Assembly: GCA_965218785.1 (NCBI GenBank)
Contig: OZ244650.1
Location: 928,001 to 992,000, forward strand
Direction: 5' to 3'
Length of the DNA stretch: 64,000 bases
DNA from: Nitrosopumilus sp.
Lineage (GTDB): Archaea > Thermoproteota > Nitrososphaeria > Nitrososphaerales > Nitrosopumilaceae
Part shown: one piece after another, positions 51,255 to 63,000 of the stretch
How positions within the stretch are numbered: the first letter of the stretch is position 1
Layout of the letters: every line of letters starts with the position of its first letter
Notes under the pieces: generated by a model
Databases searched by the model: none
Seen by the model: only the letters and a program-made list of their open reading frames with translations
What the model was told of the DNA's origin: nothing
Program-made: the position numbers and the translations under genes

Positions 51255-54200
51255 ATGATCCTGACTGATAAAAAACAATTCTCAGAGATGTGCAGCGCGT
51301 ATTATGACACATCAAAGATAATAATCATTATGGGGGTTTTCTCTGCTGTACTGCTTGGGCTGGGAGGCATCGAATCGTCTTATTCTCAGACTGCGGAGGA
51401 GGATGTCACTGCGCCCGTTTTGCTGCATGTACGGACAACATCTGACACTACCATCCTGCTTACTTTTTCTCTACATCACAGTCAAATACATAATACTATG
51501 CCTGATGCGGGTTTTCAAGTCTCCGGTGTTACTGCCGGAAACACCATATCTAATGTAAGGGTGTTAGGCCCTTGGATTACTGTGACGCTTGAGAATCCGA
51601 TAATACCTGGGGATATTGTCCGCATATCTTATCTTGGCAACTCTATTGTGAATGGAAGAGATGACAAACTTGAACACTTTGAGGATGTTCTGGTTATAAA
51701 TCGCGTTCATGTCAGTTTTGGAGGTCTAAGTCATCTGGAAGGCCATTTAAATAGACCAGCCGGTATAGCAGTCACATCCACAAACATCTTTGTAGCAGAT
51801 TTTGGAAACAATCGAATACAGATATTTGATTTGGATGGCGGTTTTGTCAAAGCATTTGGTGAATCAGGTTCTGGGGACGGCAGTTTCGATTCCCCATCTG
51901 GCATAGCAGTCACCTCCACACACATCTATGTAACAGATACCGGAAATGACCGAATACAGATATTTGATTTGGATGGCGGTTTTGTCAAAGCATTTGGTGA
52001 ATCAGGTCCTGAGGACGGCAGTTTCGATTCCCCATCTGGCATAGCAGTCACCTCCACACACATCTTTGTAACAGATACCAAAAATGACAGAATACAGATA
52101 TTTGATTTGGAGGGCGGTTTTGTCAAAGCATTTGGTGAATCAGATTCCGGGGACGGCGGTTTCAGCTTTCCACAAGGCATAGCAGTCACCCCCACAAACA
52201 TCTATGTGGCAGATACCAAAAATGACAGAATACAGGTACATGATTTGAACGGCAATGTTGTTAATAAGTTTGGTCGCAGTTCTGATCTAAGTAATTTCGT
52301 TGCTCCACATGGCATAGCAGTCACCTCCACAAACATCTTTGTAACAGTTATCTCTGATTTAATATACAAATTTGATTTGGATGGTAATTTTATTAACACG
52401 TTCAGTAATTCCGGTCTCTCTGTAGGTCGCTTAATTGACCCACAAGGCATAGCAGTCACCCCCACAAACATCTATGTATCCGATACCGGAAATGACAGAA
52501 TACAGATATTTGATTTGGAAGGTAATTTTGTTAGCAAGTTCGGCGATTCCAATTTTAAGGAAGGTGCTTTCTTTGGTGCGAGAGGCATAGCAGTCACCCC
52601 CACAAACATCTATGTGGCAGATGGAGGAAATGACAGAATACAGATATTTGATTTGGAGGGCAATTTTGTCAAAGCATTTGGTGAATCAGGTTCCGAGGAC
52701 GGCAATTTCGATTCCCCACACGGCATAGCAGTCACCTCCACAAACATCTATGTAGCAGATGCCGACAATGGCAGACTGCAGATATTTGATTTGAACAATA
52801 ATTTTGTCAACAAACTCAGCGAATTTAGTTTCGATGACGAGTTTTTTCACATTATATACGACGTAGCAGTCACCTCCACAAACATCTATGTAGCAGTTGG
52901 TGTCAATGACAGAATACAGATATTTGATTTGGAGGGCAATTTAGTTAGCAAGTTCGGCAGATTTGGTTTTGATGACGGCGATTTCTTTGACCCATTCGGC
53001 GTAGCAGTCACCTCCACAAACATCTATGTGGTAGATATAGGAAATCACAGAATACAGATATTTGATTTGGACGGCAGTTTTGTCAAAGCATTTGGTGAAT
53101 CAGGTTCTGGGGACGGCAGTTTCAACTCTCCACAAGGCATAGCAGTCACCCCCACAAACATCTTTGTAATAGATACCGGAAATGACAGAATACAGATATT
53201 TGATTTGGAGGGTAATTTTGTTAGCAAATTCGGTGAATTTGTTACTCCGCCATTTCGATACCCGGTTGGAATAACTGTAAACTATGATAACGTCTTTGTT
53301 ACAGCTGGTAGGTATAATCCGATACGCATGTTTGACATGTCCGCCATACTGCCAATCCCTGTCGTGTTTTCTGTCTCTGCCCCCGACGGGGAATATGGTT
53401 GGGGGGATACCATTCCAATTACTGTCACTTTTAGCAGACCTGTTACTGTAACGGGAATGCCGGAGCTTGCATTGAATGCCGGTAATACTGCCATCTTCGA
53501 GCAAGTGTTACCTGAAGGCAAGATGGTGTTCAGATATACTCTGGCTCGTACAGATTTTGCCGAGAATCTCAACTATGTTGATGAAGGCTCGCTCACACTA
53601 AAAGGCGGCACAATACTTTCATCTTATGATGATACTCCTGCTGACACAACACTTCCTGATCTGACCGCGTTTAATTCACTAGGTCGCACCTCGTCTGTAC
53701 TAGTCGACGGCGATGCTTTGTTTCCACGTGATATTCTGGACGTGTCTGATTCTGCATCATCTGCCAGCACGTTTGGCATATCTGATGCGCCGATCATCTC
53801 TGATTCTGCATCATCTGCCAGCACGTTTGGCATATCTGATGCGCCGATCATCCCTGAAATAACAGACAGTGCAACACTGGCAGTAAGATTTGCGATATCT
53901 GACTCTGTAGATTTTACGGATACAGTAACTGGCATGGGCGCCGTCGCAGAATCCGACTCTCCTGTAATCGCAGATTCCACATCAGTTCGACTCTCCGTCG
54001 CATTATCTGACTCCCCCGTCCTATCTGATACAGTAACTGGCATGGGCGCCGTCGCAGAATCCGATTCACCGGTACTGACTGACTCTGCATCTCTGAAATT
54101 CTACATCATATCTTTTGATACACCTGCCGTATCTGATCAACACGGCATTCAAATCATGAATAAGAACACAGAAGAAGACTCTCCTGCAATCACCGACTCT

Positions 54201-56114
54201 GCATCAGTTCGACTCTCCGTCGCATTATCTGACTCCCCCGTCCTATCTGATACAGTAACTGGCATGGGCGCCGTCGCAGAATCCGACTCTCCTGTAATCG
54301 CAGATTCCACATCCGTTAAACTCTCCGTCGCATTATCTGACTCCCCCGCCCTATCTGATACAGTAACTGGCATGGGCGCCGTCGCAGAATCCGACTCTCC
54401 TGCAATCACTGACTCTGCATCCTTGAAATTCTTCATTGCATCTTTTGATACACCTGCCGTATCTGATCAACACGACATTCAAATCATGAATAACATCACA
54501 CAGGAAGACTCTCCCGTACTAGCTGACTCTTTCCTCCTTAAACGATCCCTTAACCCCACTGACTCCCCAGTCCTATCTGATGCGGTAGCTGGTATGGGTA
54601 CACTAAATGAATCCGACTCTCCCGTAATCGTCAATTCTGTATCATCTCAACTCTCCATTGCCCTCTCCGACTCACCCGTCATATCTGATACAGTAACTGG
54701 CATGGGCGCCGTCGCAGAATCCGACTCTCCCGTACTAGATGACTCTGCATCCCTGAAATTCTCAGTTGCCCTCTCCGACTCCCCTGTTCTATCGGATACC
54801 GTAACTGGCATGGGCGCCGTCGCAGAATCCGACTCTCCGACAGTCACTGACTCTGCCCTCCTTGAACTCTCCATTGCCCTCTCCGACTCTCCTGCAATGT
54901 CTGATACCGTAACTGGCATGGGCGCCGTCGCAGAATCCGACTCTCCTGCAATCACCGACTCTGCATCCGTTGAACTCTCCCTCAATCCCACAGACTCCCC
55001 CGTACTATCTGATGCTGTAACTGGCATGGGCACCCTTGCAGAATCCGACTTTCCGGTTCTATCTGATTCTGCAATAGTTCAAAAGACCCTCAATCCCACT
55101 GACTCCCCCGTCCTATCTGATACGGTAACTGGCATGGGCACCATCAGCGTATCGGACTCTCCGGTTCTATCTGATTCCGCATCATTAGTCTTGCCAGTAC
55201 CTCCAGATACCACTCCCCCAGAACCTCCATCTACACCGAGAACCACTGATCCGTCAGAGCGCAGATCCGGTGGCGGCGGTGGCGGCGGTGGCGGTGGTGG
55301 CAGCGGCAGCGGCAGCGGCAGCAGAGGAGGCGGTGGTCTAAACTATGACGTATCCTTTAACTTTACATCAAACAATGTAGACGTACTGACAGACCTCTCA
55401 CAGGTAAGAATAGAACCAGACACGCTCCTTACAATAACGCCGCATGTACTGCCAGTTAATGCACGCCAGAACATCCTAAAGATGGAGGTAATCCTCACAG
55501 ATAATGCAACACCGCAACATCAGGACGCCTTGATACAATATGAATTATTTTCAAACACTCTTACACGTGATGACTGCAGTGGCAATGAATATGAATCAGA
55601 CCGTCTTTACATCTGTAATGCATCCTCGCTCATATCTGAGAGGCAGACATCGTACTCTGAATCCCGCGTACAAATCTCAAAGCATTTTGAGAGTCTGATG
55701 ATATTCTTTGAAGAAGAGTTCTCAGGCAGCCTTAGCATATTATTACATGACACCCGTGGAACACTGCTCTCTTCACACAATTACACTTCATATGACATTA
55801 TCGTAGAACCAGTAGGCGGCAAACCAGAGCCTGCATCCGAGGTGGATCCCGAACCACAGCCCATACCCGTGGATCCCGAACCGGAACCCAAAGTCATACC
55901 AATGAATCCCGAACCAGAACCCAAAGTCATACCAATGAATCCCGAACCGGAACCAGAACCAGAAGTCATACTCATGAATCCAGAACCCAAACCCGTCCCA
56001 ACAGATCCGGAACCAGCAGATGACCGCAACATCTTTGAGATGTTTGCAGACTGGTTCCAGTCACTGTTTGGACTCTTGGAATCCCAGTACAAACTGATTC
56101 AAAACATACTGTGA
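51255..56114 (+). CDS. Large modular cell-surface protein 3 (1619 aa): signal peptide, SwmB-like domain, 12 NHL repeats, Ig-like domain, SDSP stalk, shared C-terminal cassette
   Basis: Hydrophobic N-terminal segment ending SSYS/Q; 12 counted NHL blades at ~138-bp period; C-terminus homologous to proteins 1 and 2. Confidence 0.9.
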   Translation: MILTDKKQFSEMCSAYYDTSKIIIIMGVFSAVLLGLGGIESSYSQTAEEDVTAPVLLHVRTTSDTTILLTFSLHHSQIHNTMPDAGFQVSGVTAGNTISNVRVLGPWITVTLENPIIPGDIVRISYLGNSIVNGRDDKLEHFEDVLVINRVHVSFGGLSHLEGHLNRPAGIAVTSTNIFVADFGNNRIQIFDLDGGFVKAFGESGSGDGSFDSPSGIAVTSTHIYVTDTGNDRIQIFDLDGGFVKAFGESGPEDGSFDSPSGIAVTSTHIFVTDTKNDRIQIFDLEGGFVKAFGESDSGDGGFSFPQGIAVTPTNIYVADTKNDRIQVHDLNGNVVNKFGRSSDLSNFVAPHGIAVTSTNIFVTVISDLIYKFDLDGNFINTFSNSGLSVGRLIDPQGIAVTPTNIYVSDTGNDRIQIFDLEGNFVSKFGDSNFKEGAFFGARGIAVTPTNIYVADGGNDRIQIFDLEGNFVKAFGESGSEDGNFDSPHGIAVTSTNIYVADADNGRLQIFDLNNNFVNKLSEFSFDDEFFHIIYDVAVTSTNIYVAVGVNDRIQIFDLEGNLVSKFGRFGFDDGDFFDPFGVAVTSTNIYVVDIGNHRIQIFDLDGSFVKAFGESGSGDGSFNSPQGIAVTPTNIFVIDTGNDRIQIFDLEGNFVSKFGEFVTPPFRYPVGITVNYDNVFVTAGRYNPIRMFDMSAILPIPVVFSVSAPDGEYGWGDTIPITVTFSRPVTVTGMPELALNAGNTAIFEQVLPEGKMVFRYTLARTDFAENLNYVDEGSLTLKGGTILSSYDDTPADTTLPDLTAFNSLGRTSSVLVDGDALFPRDILDVSDSASSASTFGISDAPIISDSASSASTFGISDAPIIPEITDSATLAVRFAISDSVDFTDTVTGMGAVAESDSPVIADSTSVRLSVALSDSPVLSDTVTGMGAVAESDSPVLTDSASLKFYIISFDTPAVSDQHGIQIMNKNTEEDSPAITDSASVRLSVALSDSPVLSDTVTGMGAVAESDSPVIADSTSVKLSVALSDSPALSDTVTGMGAVAESDSPAITDSASLKFFIASFDTPAVSDQHDIQIMNNITQEDSPVLADSFLLKRSLNPTDSPVLSDAVAGMGTLNESDSPVIVNSVSSQLSIALSDSPVISDTVTGMGAVAESDSPVLDDSASLKFSVALSDSPVLSDTVTGMGAVAESDSPTVTDSALLELSIALSDSPAMSDTVTGMGAVAESDSPAITDSASVELSLNPTDSPVLSDAVTGMGTLAESDFPVLSDSAIVQKTLNPTDSPVLSDTVTGMGTISVSDSPVLSDSASLVLPVPPDTTPPEPPSTPRTTDPSERRSGGGGGGGGGGGSGSGSGSRGGGGLNYDVSFNFTSNNVDVLTDLSQVRIEPDTLLTITPHVLPVNARQNILKMEVILTDNATPQHQDALIQYELFSNTLTRDDCSGNEYESDRLYICNASSLISERQTSYSESRVQISKHFESLMIFFEEEFSGSLSILLHDTRGTLLSSHNYTSYDIIVEPVGGKPEPASEVDPEPQPIPVDPEPEPKVIPMNPEPEPKVIPMNPEPEPEPEVILMNPEPKPVPTDPEPADDRNIFEMFADWFQSLFGLLESQYKLIQNIL
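51750..53340 (+). repeat. Twelve NHL repeats (two 6-bladed propellers)
   Basis: GGCATAGCAGTCACC..CACAAACATC..ATACAGATATTTGATTTGGA framework repeated. Confidence 0.9.
53725..55190 (+). repeat. 18-aa SDSP stalk repeats of protein 3
   Basis: VALSDSPVLSDTVTGMGA / VAESDSPVIADSTSVRLS alternation. Confidence 0.88.
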
Positions 56115-56479
56115 TCCCACGGCGAGCTGCCGCAAGCAAACCTGCATTCCCGGGCATTTTATCAGTGGGATGAGAGTTCATCACAGGAGGAAATCTTAGT
56201 TAAGGCACTCAAGGTCCGGATACATATTCAAAAATAGATCAAAACCCCCAAGATACGGGTGTGCAAACCAGTCATAGACGCTTTTAAAAAAACGTTGGAG
56301 GAGAAGAAAGATGACTCACCAGTCCTCATGCAGAACATGCGCATGAAAAAGATCTCTCATACAGGCATTCTGGTAACACATGGCATCACAAACCAGAACC
56401 GTGGGACATCCGGATGAACCAGACAATAAAGATCACAGAAAAGATTGGTTTGAAGATGCCAACAACGGCATCAGACGAT

Positions 56480-56830
56480 CTCTATAACGCAGATGTCTTT
56501 ACCAGAAACGGATATGTTGTTCCTTGATGTAAGGGCAGACAAATACTGCAGTTGACTATCAATGCTGTTGCCATCAGGATCTGACTGCTCCAATCTGGGA
56601 ATACGTACAGACAACGGCGGCCAGTTGTCAGCAGAACACTCAGATCAACACATCTTTTGGTATAAACAGAGTTCATAAGATACCACACTCTGGAGCAAAC
56701 AGACATCGAATCACTCCACAAGACGCTCAAAAAAGAGTATTTGTGGACGCAGTTTGCAGGATATGGAATGCAGTCATTGCAGATGCATACAGGATACAAC
56801 CACCTAGGATTCATTTGGCACTGGAATGAC
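56480..56830 (+). mobile_element. Frameshifted IS3/IS481-type DDE transposase (integrase core) remnant
   Basis: IRTDNGGQ at 56601; then, in another frame from 56669, EFIRYHTLEQTDIESLHKTLKKEYLW and a broken YNH.RIH.AL. These match the DNG / PxxNGxxESFxxxLKxE / YNxxRxHxxL motifs. Confidence 0.7.
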
Positions 56831-56940
56831 TCGGGGAATTATCACATGAGGATGAGACATAAGCGAGGGATCTGTAAAAACAGGCAAAAGGCGTTCATTG
56901 AGGGATTCATCCAAGAGGATGATTTTCAGACGATGGACAA

Positions 56941-57003
56941 ACTGCCTGAGGTGTATTAGTGTATGTAATATATTCAACATATTAAATAATAAACTGAGCA
57001 AGT
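56941..57003 (+). promoter_or_regulatory. Upstream region of giant protein 4 (paralogous to 51196..51254)
   Basis: Direct alignment by eye with the region before 51255. Confidence 0.6.
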
Positions 57004-60000
57004 ATGATCCTGACGTATAAAAGACAATTCTCAGAGATATACAACACCAATTCTGGCACATCAAGGCTAATCATAATTATGGGGATTCTCTCTACTGTAC
57101 TGTTTGGGCTGGGAGGCATCGAATCATCCTATTCTCAGACTGTGGGGGATAACACCGCACCTGGCATACTGCATGCAGAGACAACATCTGCCAGTACCAT
57201 CCTGCTTACCTTCTCTGAAGAAATTACTGATGTATCTGATGCGGATTTTGAGGTCTCAGGTGTTACTGCCGGAAACGACATATCTGGTGTGACGCTGTCT
57301 GGTGATAGTATTCAAGTGACACTTGTGAACTCGATAGCATTGGAGGATATCATCAGCATATCCTATCTTGGCAACTCTGTTGTGGATCTTGCAGGTAACA
57401 GTCTTGGATCCTTTGAGGGGATTAGGGTTGTAAACGGCATCCACGTTGTTTTTGGAAATCCGGCTCACACTGGAAACAGTTTAAACGAACCATCCAGCAT
57501 AGCTGTCACCTCCACAAACATTATTGTAGTAGATTCTAGAAATGACAGAGTACATGTGTTTGAACTGAATCCAGATCCGAATTTGAAACCTACTTTTCGC
57601 AAAACATTCGGTGGATCCGGTTCCGGGGACGGCGCCTTCTTAGCTCCACGGGACATAGCAGCCACTGCCGCAAACATCTATGTTGCAGATACCGGAAATG
57701 ACAGAGTACAGGTATTTAATCTGGAAGGTACTCTTCTCAACAAGTTCGGTCAATCCGGTTTCGCAAACGGCAATTTCAATTCCCCATCCAGTATAGCTGT
57801 CACCTCCACAAACATCTTTGTAGTAGATTCTGGAAATGACAGAGTACAGGTATTTGATCTGCAGGGTAATTTTGCCCGCACATTCGGCGAATCAGGTATC
57901 GGGGATGGCCATTTCAATTCCCCATCCGGCATAACAATTGACTCTACACGCATACTTGTAGCAGATTCTGGAAATGACAGAGTACAGATATTTGATCTGG
58001 ACGGTACTTTTCTCAGCAAGTTCGGCGGATTTGGTTCCGGGATGGGAGTTTACTCATATCCACAAAGCATAGCTGTCACCTCCACACAGATCCTTGTAAC
58101 TGATATTGAAAATCACAGAATAAACACATTTAATCTGGATGGGAGTGATTCCAACGCATTTGGTGGATTAGGTTCTGAGGGCGGCGCCTTCTCATCTCCA
58201 CGAGACATTGTAGCCACCTCCACAAACTTCTATGTAGCAGATACCGGAAATGACAGAATACAGATATTTAATTTGTCAAGAAATTTTGTCAATGAGTTTG
58301 GTGAATCAAGTTCTGCAGACGGCACTCTCTCATTTCCATATGGCATAACAGTCAATTCTACACGCATCCTTGTAGCAGATGCCGGAAATGACAGAATACA
58401 GACATTTGATTTGAACGGTACTTTTCTCAGCAAGTTCGGTGGATCAGGTGATGAGGAGGGCACTTTCTCAGATCCACAAGGCATAACAGTCAATTCTACA
58501 AACATCATTGTAGTAGATAGCAGGAATCACAGAGTACAGATATTTGATCTAGACGGTACTTTTCTAGATGAGTTTGGTGAATTTGGTACCGGGGAAGATG
58601 ATATCGAGGAAGATGATTTATTCTTCCCACTAGGCATAGCAGTCAACTCCACAAACATCATTGTAGCCGATCTTGGAAATCGCAGAATAAAGGTACATGA
58701 TCTGGACGGTACTTTTGTCAGTGAGTTTGGTAGCAAGGGTTCTGGAAACGGTCAATTCTTATCTCCGCGAGACATAGCAGTCAACTCTACACACATCCTT
58801 GTAGCAGATTCCCGTAATAGCAGAATACAGGTATTTGATCTGGACGGTACTTTTGTCAGCACATTCTCTGGATTAAACGATGAAGGCAACTCTCTCTTAA
58901 TTCCATCCGGTATCGCAGTCACCTCCACACACATCCTTGTAGTAGATTCTGTAAATGGCAATATACAGATATTTGATTTGAATGGAAATCTTCTCAACGA
59001 GTTTGGTGAATTTATTACTCCGCCATTTGAATCCCCGGTTGGAATAACTGTAAACAGTGATAACGTCTTTGTTACAGATGGCATTGATAACACGGTGCGC
59101 ATATTTGATTTATCCACAATACTGCCAGCCCCTGCAGTGCTTTCTGTCTCTGCACCCGTCGGGGAGTATGGTTGGGGGGATACTGTTCCAATCACCATGG
59201 TCTTTAACCTGCCTGTTGTGGTAACAGGAGTGCCGGAACTCGAATTGAATAACAGTAAGGTTGCCGTCTTTGACCAGGTATTGCCTGGAGGCAAGATGAT
59301 ATTCAAATATACCGTGGCTCGTGCAGATTTTACCGAGAATCTCAACTATGTTGATAAAGACTCACTCATACTACAAGGCGGTACAATAGTTTCATCTTAT
59401 GATGAGACTCCTGCTAACAAAGCACTTCCGGCGCTTAGTACACTAGACACGGATGTACTGACCAACGGCAGTACTTTTTTTCTACGTGATATTCTGACTG
59501 TCTCTGACTCTGCATTATCTGCCAGCACATTTGACATAGCTGATGCGCCGGTTCTCTCTGATTCTGCATCATCTATCCGTATCCTTGACATATCTGATGC
59601 TCCGGTTCTCTCTGATTCTGCATCATCTGCCAATATCTTTGACATAGCTGATGCGCCGGTCCTCTCTGATTCTGCATCATCTGCCAATATCCTTGACATA
59701 TCTGATGCGCCGATCCTCTCTGATTCTGCATCATCTGCCAATATCCTTGACATATCTGATGCTCCGGTCCTCTCGGAGATGACAAAAATTGACGCGCGGC
59801 CAGAATTCGTATCTGCCATCGTTTCGGATCCTGAAACCATTAGAATTACAATATCCGAACCAGTTCGGGGGAATCCATTACCGGAAGAATTTACCGTATT
59901 TGATAATATAGTCTCTAATACAGTCATTAGTACAGTCACTAAGGTTGTTTTATCTGGGAATATCATAACACTTACGGTGGATACTCCAATTGCCTCAGGC

Positions 60001-63000
60001 GACCCCGTCACCGTCTCATATCCCGTCAATTCGATCACCGATTCGATCACCGATGTGACAGGTAACGTACTTCGGTTTACCAACGCCGTAGCAAACGACG
60101 CCGTGACAATAACGGCTGTATGGAATGATCCGGACAATGCAGATGAAGTGCTCTCCGTAGGCGATACGCTTACCATAACGGTTTCAGAAGATACGGACAG
60201 GCCCGGCGGAACAGGAATTCAGGACAAACTCCTGATTGATGCAGTCTTTACCTTTGAGAATCCGATCGGTGCAGACTATACTGGAATATGGGTTGATGTC
60301 CGGACATTTGTAATTACCATAACTAATGCCACAGATGCTACGGCTATAGTCGGCGAAGACGTCTCACCGTTTACTGGAATAAGGTTTCTTAGAGATCTAG
60401 GTACTACGGATGATGTATCGTTTCTGAGGCCGCAGGGAGTGGCTGCAAACTCTACAGGCTTTATCTATGTTGCAGATACAGGGAACGACATCGTCCGGAT
60501 ATTTGATCCTTCAGGTCAGTATGTCGGCAATCTGGCTCCAGGTCCAGATGGGTTTGATAATCCACGGGGATTGGCGACAAACTCTACTGATTTTATCTTT
60601 GTTATAGATGGCTCTCCTGGCAGTAACGTCCAGATATTTGACCCTTCAGGCCAGCATGTTGGAAACTTGGAAAACCCAAACGCTCAAGACGGCGGCAGGC
60701 CATTTAGTAATCCTGGGGATGTAGAAGTCAGTCCTGATGGTTTTATCTTTGTTACGGATTCTAGTAGTGGTTCAGTACAAAAGTTTGATCCGTCTGGCAA
60801 CTTTATTAAAGCATTGAGTCTGCCGAGTGACCCTGGTTTTAATTTTCCACGAGGCATTGCAGTCAACTCTACGGGGGCAATCTATGTCTCCGGAATTGAA
60901 ATTAATGGACCAACTCGTAATAATGTAGTTCGGATATTTGACTCTGATGGGATACATCATGGGGATCTTGTTTTTAGGGGTAGTGAACGATTTGGAGCGC
61001 TGAATGGAATAGCAGTAAACTCTACTGATTCTATTTTTGTTTCAGATAGAGAAGTCATCAGGGTATTTGGTCCAGATGGGGTATATTCCGAACTATTTAG
61101 TCCTCTGGGAGGCGTCCTGCTTCAACGTCCTGCACACCTTTCAATATTTGGCGATGATCAATTTGTAATTGCAGATACAGATGAGCACCTGGTGCAGATA
61201 TACGGACGCACCATTATACGGGATGATGAAAGAACTCGAGTACTATTTAGCGTATCCGTTAAAACCAGCGGAGACTTTGGCATAGAACCGCCAAAGTTTA
61301 ACGAAATAAACTCCCCTGAAATAACAGACAGTGCAACACTGGCAGTAAGATTTGCGGTATCTGACTCTGTAGATTTTACTGATACTGTAACTGGTATGGG
61401 CAGCGTTGCAGATTCTGATTCTCCTGTAATCGCAGATTCCGTATCCGTTCGACTCTCAGTTGCCATCTCTGACTCTCCAGTCCTAACTGATGCTGTAACT
61501 GGCATGGGCGCCGTCGCAGAATCCGACACTCTGACAATCACTGATTCCGCATCAGTTAAACTCTCAGTTGCCATCTCTGACTCTCCAGTCCTAACTGATA
61601 CCGTAACTGGCATGGGCACCGTCGCAGAATCCGACTCTCCGGTAATCACTGATTCCGCATCCCTGAAATTCTCCCTCAATCCATCTGACTCCCCCGTCCT
61701 GATTGATACCGTAACTGGCATGGGCACCGTCGCAGAATCCGACTCTCCGGCAATCGCTGATTCCGTATCCATGAAATTCTATATTACATCTTTTGATACA
61801 CCTGCCGTATCTGATCAACACGACATTCAAATCATGAATAACAACGCACAAGAAGACTCTCCGGCAATCGCAGATTCCGCATCAGTTAAACTCTCCATTG
61901 GCCTCTCTGACTCTCCCGTCCTGGCCGATACCGTAACTGGCATGGGCACCGTCGCAGAATCCGACTCTCCTGTAATGGCCGATTCCGTATCAGTTCAGAT
62001 CTCAGTTGCCATCTCTGACTCCCCCGTCCTGGCCGATACCGTAACTGGCATGGGCACCGTCGCAGAATCCGACTCTCCTGTAATCACTGATTCCGCATCC
62101 CTGAAATTCTTCCTCAATCCATCTGACTCCCCCGCCCTGGCCGATACCGTAACTGGCATGGGCACCGTCGGAGAATCCGATTCTCCAGTAATCACTGATT
62201 CCGCACTCTTTGAATTCTCACTTGTGTTATCTGACTCCCCCACCCTGGCAGATACCGTAACTGGCATGGGCACCGTCGCAGAATCCGACTCTCCAGTAAT
62301 CACTGATTCCGCATCAGTCAAACTCTCCATTGGTGTCTCTGACTCCCCCGTCCTGGCTGATACCGTAACTGGCATGGGCACCGTCGCAGAATCCGACTCT
62401 CCTGTAATCACTGATTCCGCATCCCTGAAATTCTTTATTACATCTTTTGATGCACCTGCCGTATCTGATCAACACGACATTCATATCACTAATGTCGTCA
62501 CACACGAAGACTCTCCGGCACTATCTGACTTTGTCTTCCTTAAGCGATCCCTTAATCCTACCGACTCCCCCGTCCTATCTGATGGGGTATCTGGCATGGG
62601 CACACTCAGTGAATCCGACACTCCTGCAATCACCGATTCTGTATCTGCTCAACTCTCCATTGGTGTTTCTGACTCTCCAGTCCTGACTGATACCGTAACT
62701 GGCATGGGCACCGTCGCAGAATCTGACTCTCCGGCACTATCTGACTCTGCCGTTCTTCAACACTCCATTGGTCTCTCTGACTCCCCCGTCCTATCTGATA
62801 CCGTAACTGGCATGGGCGCCGTCGGCGAATCCGACTCGCCGGCAATCACCGATTCCGCACTCTTTGAACTCTCCATTGCCTTCTCTGACTCTCCAGCATT
62901 ATCTGATACCGTATCTGGCATGGGAGTCGTCGGCGAATCCGACTCGCCGGCAATCACCGATTCTGTATCCGCTCAACTCTCCATTGCCCTCTCCGACTCC

